Below are positions 29,125 through 32,000 of a DNA stretch of 32,000 nt, one piece after another; within the stretch, counting starts at the first letter, position 1, and the number at the start of each line of letters is the position of its first letter. Origin of the DNA: Methanococcus maripaludis. GTDB taxonomy: Archaea; AGJL01; Methanococci; Methanococcales; Methanococcaceae. The notes below the pieces were generated by a model. The model was given only the letters and a program-made list of their open reading frames with translations. It did not search any database and was not told where the DNA came from. The translations under genes and the position numbers were made by a program. The stretch lies in assembly GCF_002945325.1 (NCBI RefSeq), contig NZ_CP026606.1:1500001-1532000 (forward strand), written 5' to 3'.

Positions 29125-30249
29125 TTATTGGCTTGAAAAGTCGATGTTTTCAAATCCACAGTAGCCTTCAGCCATTTTATCGTAAACAGCTTCGCCAACT
29201 AAGAATTCATATATTTCATCAGCTTTTTCTTCTATATCGATATCAGCAAACTGTTCAGGGTATACTATTTTTCCAATATAGTAAGCATCAGCTAATGCAG
29301 TACCGTAGTTTGTAGTGTAGTAGTTGTATGGGAACTGCGTGTAAACGTTTCCATTTTCAAATGCACCAAGGGATTCATAGTATTCCGAACTTTTATCGTA
29401 GTCTTCTTTTATGAGTTCATAGCTTCCGGTATCAATGAATATGATATCAGGATTCCATTCTAAAAGCTGTTCTTTACTTATGAATACTGATTTTTCTGTT
29501 CCTATGGAACTAGCAACGTTATTAGCATTTAATGCAGCAAAAGGAGCGTAGTTACTTGATGTACTGTCAATTCCGTGAGCACCTTTGTTACAGAGTCCTC
29601 CTATGTATACTGAAGGTTTATCTTCGTCTGAAATATTTTCAGTTCTTGTTAAAAGGTCGTTTTCAGCATCTGCAAAGAAATCGATTACTTCTTGAGCTCT
29701 TTCTTCTTTTTGGAAGAGTGATCCAAGTAAATTCAAACAACCAACGAAATTTTCATCATGGAATGACTTAACATCCCCATACTGTAATACTACAACAGGA
29801 ATTCCGTACTGTTCTTGAAGTTCGTCAGCTCTATCTGCATCCATGTATGTAATTAATATAACGTCTGGAGCTGCACTTATAACCTTTTCAGGGTATGGTC
29901 CAACGCCTATTTCTTTTCCACCGCCAAGTCCTGTCATAGGTAGAGTTTGGAAAAAATCCATGTTTGCGAGTTGATATGGCCTTCCAGAGATATTTTCTTG
30001 TTCTATGGATTCAACACCCACAACTTTGTCCTGTGCTTGAAGGTAAGTTACAAGTCTAAGACATCCTGGTCCCGAACACACGATTCTTTGAATATTTGCG
30101 GGAACTTCAACAGTTCTTCCAACCATATCTACAATTTCAACAGTTTTAGCAACTTCGCCTGAAGATTCGGCAGTATTATCAACACAGCCTGAAAAGCTGA
30201 GTGCAATCATCAATGAAATCAAGGCTGATAAAACCCCTATTTTTTTCAA
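29125..30249 (-). CDS. Class-III substrate-binding lipoprotein, paralogue 4
   Basis: AGGTGA lies inside the track ORF, 4 nt before TTG 30249. That start gives MKKIGVLSALISLMIALSFSGC. VGRTVEVPANIQRIVCSGPGCLRL. C-terminus ADIDIEEKADEIYEFLVGEAVYDKMAEGY. Confidence 0.84.
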   Translation of the reverse strand: MKKIGVLSALISLMIALSFSGCVDNTAESSGEVAKTVEIVDMVGRTVEVPANIQRIVCSGPGCLRLVTYLQAQDKVVGVESIEQENISGRPYQLANMDFFQTLPMTGLGGGKEIGVGPYPEKVISAAPDVILITYMDADRADELQEQYGIPVVVLQYGDVKSFHDENFVGCLNLLGSLFQKEERAQEVIDFFADAENDLLTRTENISDEDKPSVYIGGLCNKGAHGIDSTSSNYAPFAALNANNVASSIGTEKSVFISKEQLLEWNPDIIFIDTGSYELIKEDYDKSSEYYESLGAFENGNVYTQFPYNYYTTNYGTALADAYYIGKIVYPEQFADIDIEEKADEIYEFLVGEAVYDKMAEGYCGFENIDFSSQ

Positions 30250-30379
30250 AATTTCACCTGATATTATCAATGTTTTAAAAATATGATATTTATCATACTT
30301 TTAAATTAAATGTAATAATTGATACATAAAATTTTCTATATAATATTAAAAAAATAAGATTCTAAAAAAGATAATAAAT

Positions 30380-31462
30380 TTAATTAATTTTTTTAGCAAC
30401 GATAATAATGTTTGGAAACATTTCTTCCTTAAATTCAGTTAATTCATAAACAGGTTTTGTTTCGAGTACTTCAAACCCTAATTTCTCAAGATATGAAACA
30501 TATTCTTCAAAAGTAAGATCCGTTTCAAAAGTATATCTTATACTTCCCTTTCCAGTGCTGTTAAAGCTGTTAAAGTTCCATTCCATGTTATTTAATGTAT
30601 CAGGCATATTTTTCGTTAATTTTGGAAATGCCTGTTTTGTAATAAATAATCCTCCCGTATTTAGCGAATTGTATACTTTTTTAGCAACTTTTGGATTTTT
30701 TCCGCCAGGGTTGTACGAACTAAAAATTATATCAAAATCTTCTCCGAAATCGTCTTTAAAAAAATTTCCTGCAATTGTATCAACGTTTTTCGCATCGTAT
30801 TTTTCTATGAATTTTTTAGTTTCAATTGTAACGTCGGGTAAATCAAAAACAAAAGCATTTAAATTTTCATTCAGCATACCAAGGCTTATTGCGTAGAGCC
30901 CGTGGCCTCCTGCAACGTCGAGAAGTTTTTTTGCAGATTTAAATTCCGAAAATTTAGAGATATATTCGACAGTTTTTTGAAGTTCCCAACATTTGCAGTC
31001 GTTTGCCATTCTTTTAATTATTTCTGGGAAAAATGCATTTTCCATGACTTCATTTTTGGAACCGTTCATTATTTCAGACAAATTTGCCCATTTATCAATA
31101 TTTTCAAATGAAGCGGAGATTGAAGGGCTTTTTGAATATACTGAATCCATTTTTAAGTAATTATCACTTGCAAATGTGTTGATGTAATGGGTTTCGCCAT
31201 TTTTTGATGCTATTGAAATAATTCCAAGTTCATAGAGTGCTTTTAACATTAATTCAGTTAAAACAGGATCCAAGTCCAAAATCGATGATAAATCTTTGGA
31301 AGTTTTTGAATCAGAAAGGTAATCAAATATTTTTAATTCAATTGCAGTTTTTAGTAAATAAAATTTTTGGGCTCCAAAATAAGTTTCAAGCATTATTTTA
31401 TCAATTTTTTCAGGACTTTCGGCAGGAAGTGGAAATGAATTTTGGTATTTTTTGGCATTCAA
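30380..31462 (-). CDS. Family-2 O-methyltransferase-like SAM methyltransferase (N-terminal dimerisation/winged-helix domain plus Methyltransf_2)
   Basis: LLKTAIELKIFDYL is a dimerisation-domain motif and LLDVAGGHGLYAISL is SAM motif I. The probable start is TTG 31462 (GGGTGA 4 nt upstream), not the track GTG at 31471, which lies inside that SD. Confidence 0.78.
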   Translation of the reverse strand: MNAKKYQNSFPLPAESPEKIDKIMLETYFGAQKFYLLKTAIELKIFDYLSDSKTSKDLSSILDLDPVLTELMLKALYELGIISIASKNGETHYINTFASDNYLKMDSVYSKSPSISASFENIDKWANLSEIMNGSKNEVMENAFFPEIIKRMANDCKCWELQKTVEYISKFSEFKSAKKLLDVAGGHGLYAISLGMLNENLNAFVFDLPDVTIETKKFIEKYDAKNVDTIAGNFFKDDFGEDFDIIFSSYNPGGKNPKVAKKVYNSLNTGGLFITKQAFPKLTKNMPDTLNNMEWNFNSFNSTGKGSIRYTFETDLTFEEYVSYLEKLGFEVLETKPVYELTEFKEEMFPNIIIVAKKIN

Positions 31463-31602
31463 AATAATCACCCGTTTTGAAAATATTTTTTAAAACTAAT
31501 TTAAAACAACTTATATAAATATTCATATTATTTTTATAAAAATCATACTTAACAATATATTTAAATTATTAAATATATGTTTAGTTAAAAAATAAAAAAG
31601 AA

Positions 31603-32000
31603 TTATTCTTTTAAATCAGTATAACAGAACCACCAGTCGTAACCTTCAAGTTCTCCACTTTTACGGGCTTCAAGTCGTTTTTTTCGAGATTCCATGTCTT
31701 TTGCAGGAGGTACAATTACTTTTTCATTTAAAAAGTCATTATTTGGCCAGTTTGCAGGTGTTGCATAGCCTTTATCTGCAGTTTGAAGTGCTTTTACAAG
31801 CCTTACAATTTCATCCATATTTCTACCAACTTCCTGAGGGTAGTAAATTATTGCACGGATTGTTCCCGTAGCATCAACTACAAATACGGCCCTAACCGTA
31901 TTATTTCCTTTATAAGGGCTTATCATTCCAAGTTTTACTGCTAACTCTCCCCTATCATCAGCAATTATTGGAAATTCTATGTCAACATCTAATTTTTCTT
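31603..32000 (-). CDS. Peroxiredoxin (AhpC/TSA family), N-terminus truncated by the window edge
   Basis: The reading frame stays open to position 32000 (…[31 protein letters not shown]…TVRAVFVVD…). The C-terminal PANWP…VIVPP region is typical of archaeal Prx. The peroxidatic Cys lies outside the window. Confidence 0.85.
   Translation of the reverse strand, partial: EKLDVDIEFPIIADDRGELAVKLGMISPYKGNNTVRAVFVVDATGTIRAIIYYPQEVGRNMDEIVRLVKALQTADKGYATPANWPNNDFLNEKVIVPPAKDMESRKKRLEARKSGELEGYDWWFCYTDLKE

Overview
This is an AT-rich archaeal chromosomal segment (about one-third G+C). The gene content points to a Methanococcus-type hydrogenotrophic methanogen: methenyl-H4MPT cyclohydrolase (mch), a membrane-bound archaeal LonB, a hydrogenase maturation protease, GGTGA/GGTGG Shine-Dalgarno boxes and frequent TTG/GTG starts. 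I did not find any rRNA, tRNA, CRISPR array, transposase or integrase.

Housekeeping genes: lysA, a PhoU-domain regulator, a NitT/TauT-type ABC ATPase and permease, a COG2108-type radical SAM gene, mch, an FKBP-type PPIase, rpiA, a UPF0147 protein, a class II aldolase, lonB, a hydrogenase maturation protease, a GNAT acetyltransferase, and a peroxiredoxin truncated at the right edge.

Two accessory blocks stand out.

(1) 20584-31471 is a nine-gene, co-directional locus on the minus strand. It has one FecCD/BtuCD-like ABC importer, four paralogous class-III substrate-binding lipoproteins, a family-2 O-methyltransferase and a compositionally foreign two-gene cassette. The cassette is a class I SAM methyltransferase translationally coupled to a radical SAM enzyme. 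The C-terminus of that enzyme is visibly homologous to the C-terminal lobe of the neighbouring binding proteins. I read the locus as a candidate undescribed import-and-modify system for a corrinoid, tetrapyrrole or metallophore ligand.

(2) 5422-11972 is a two-gene surface module. One gene encodes a 1496-aa secreted protein with about 110 cysteines, built from Ig-like modules with an embedded multi-CxxC zinc-ribbon-like insert. The other encodes a 667-aa membrane-anchored protein with near-perfect 345-bp tandem duplications and (GDT)n linkers. A 626-bp ORF-free leader precedes the pair.

All functional calls rest on motif recognition by eye. No database search was run.
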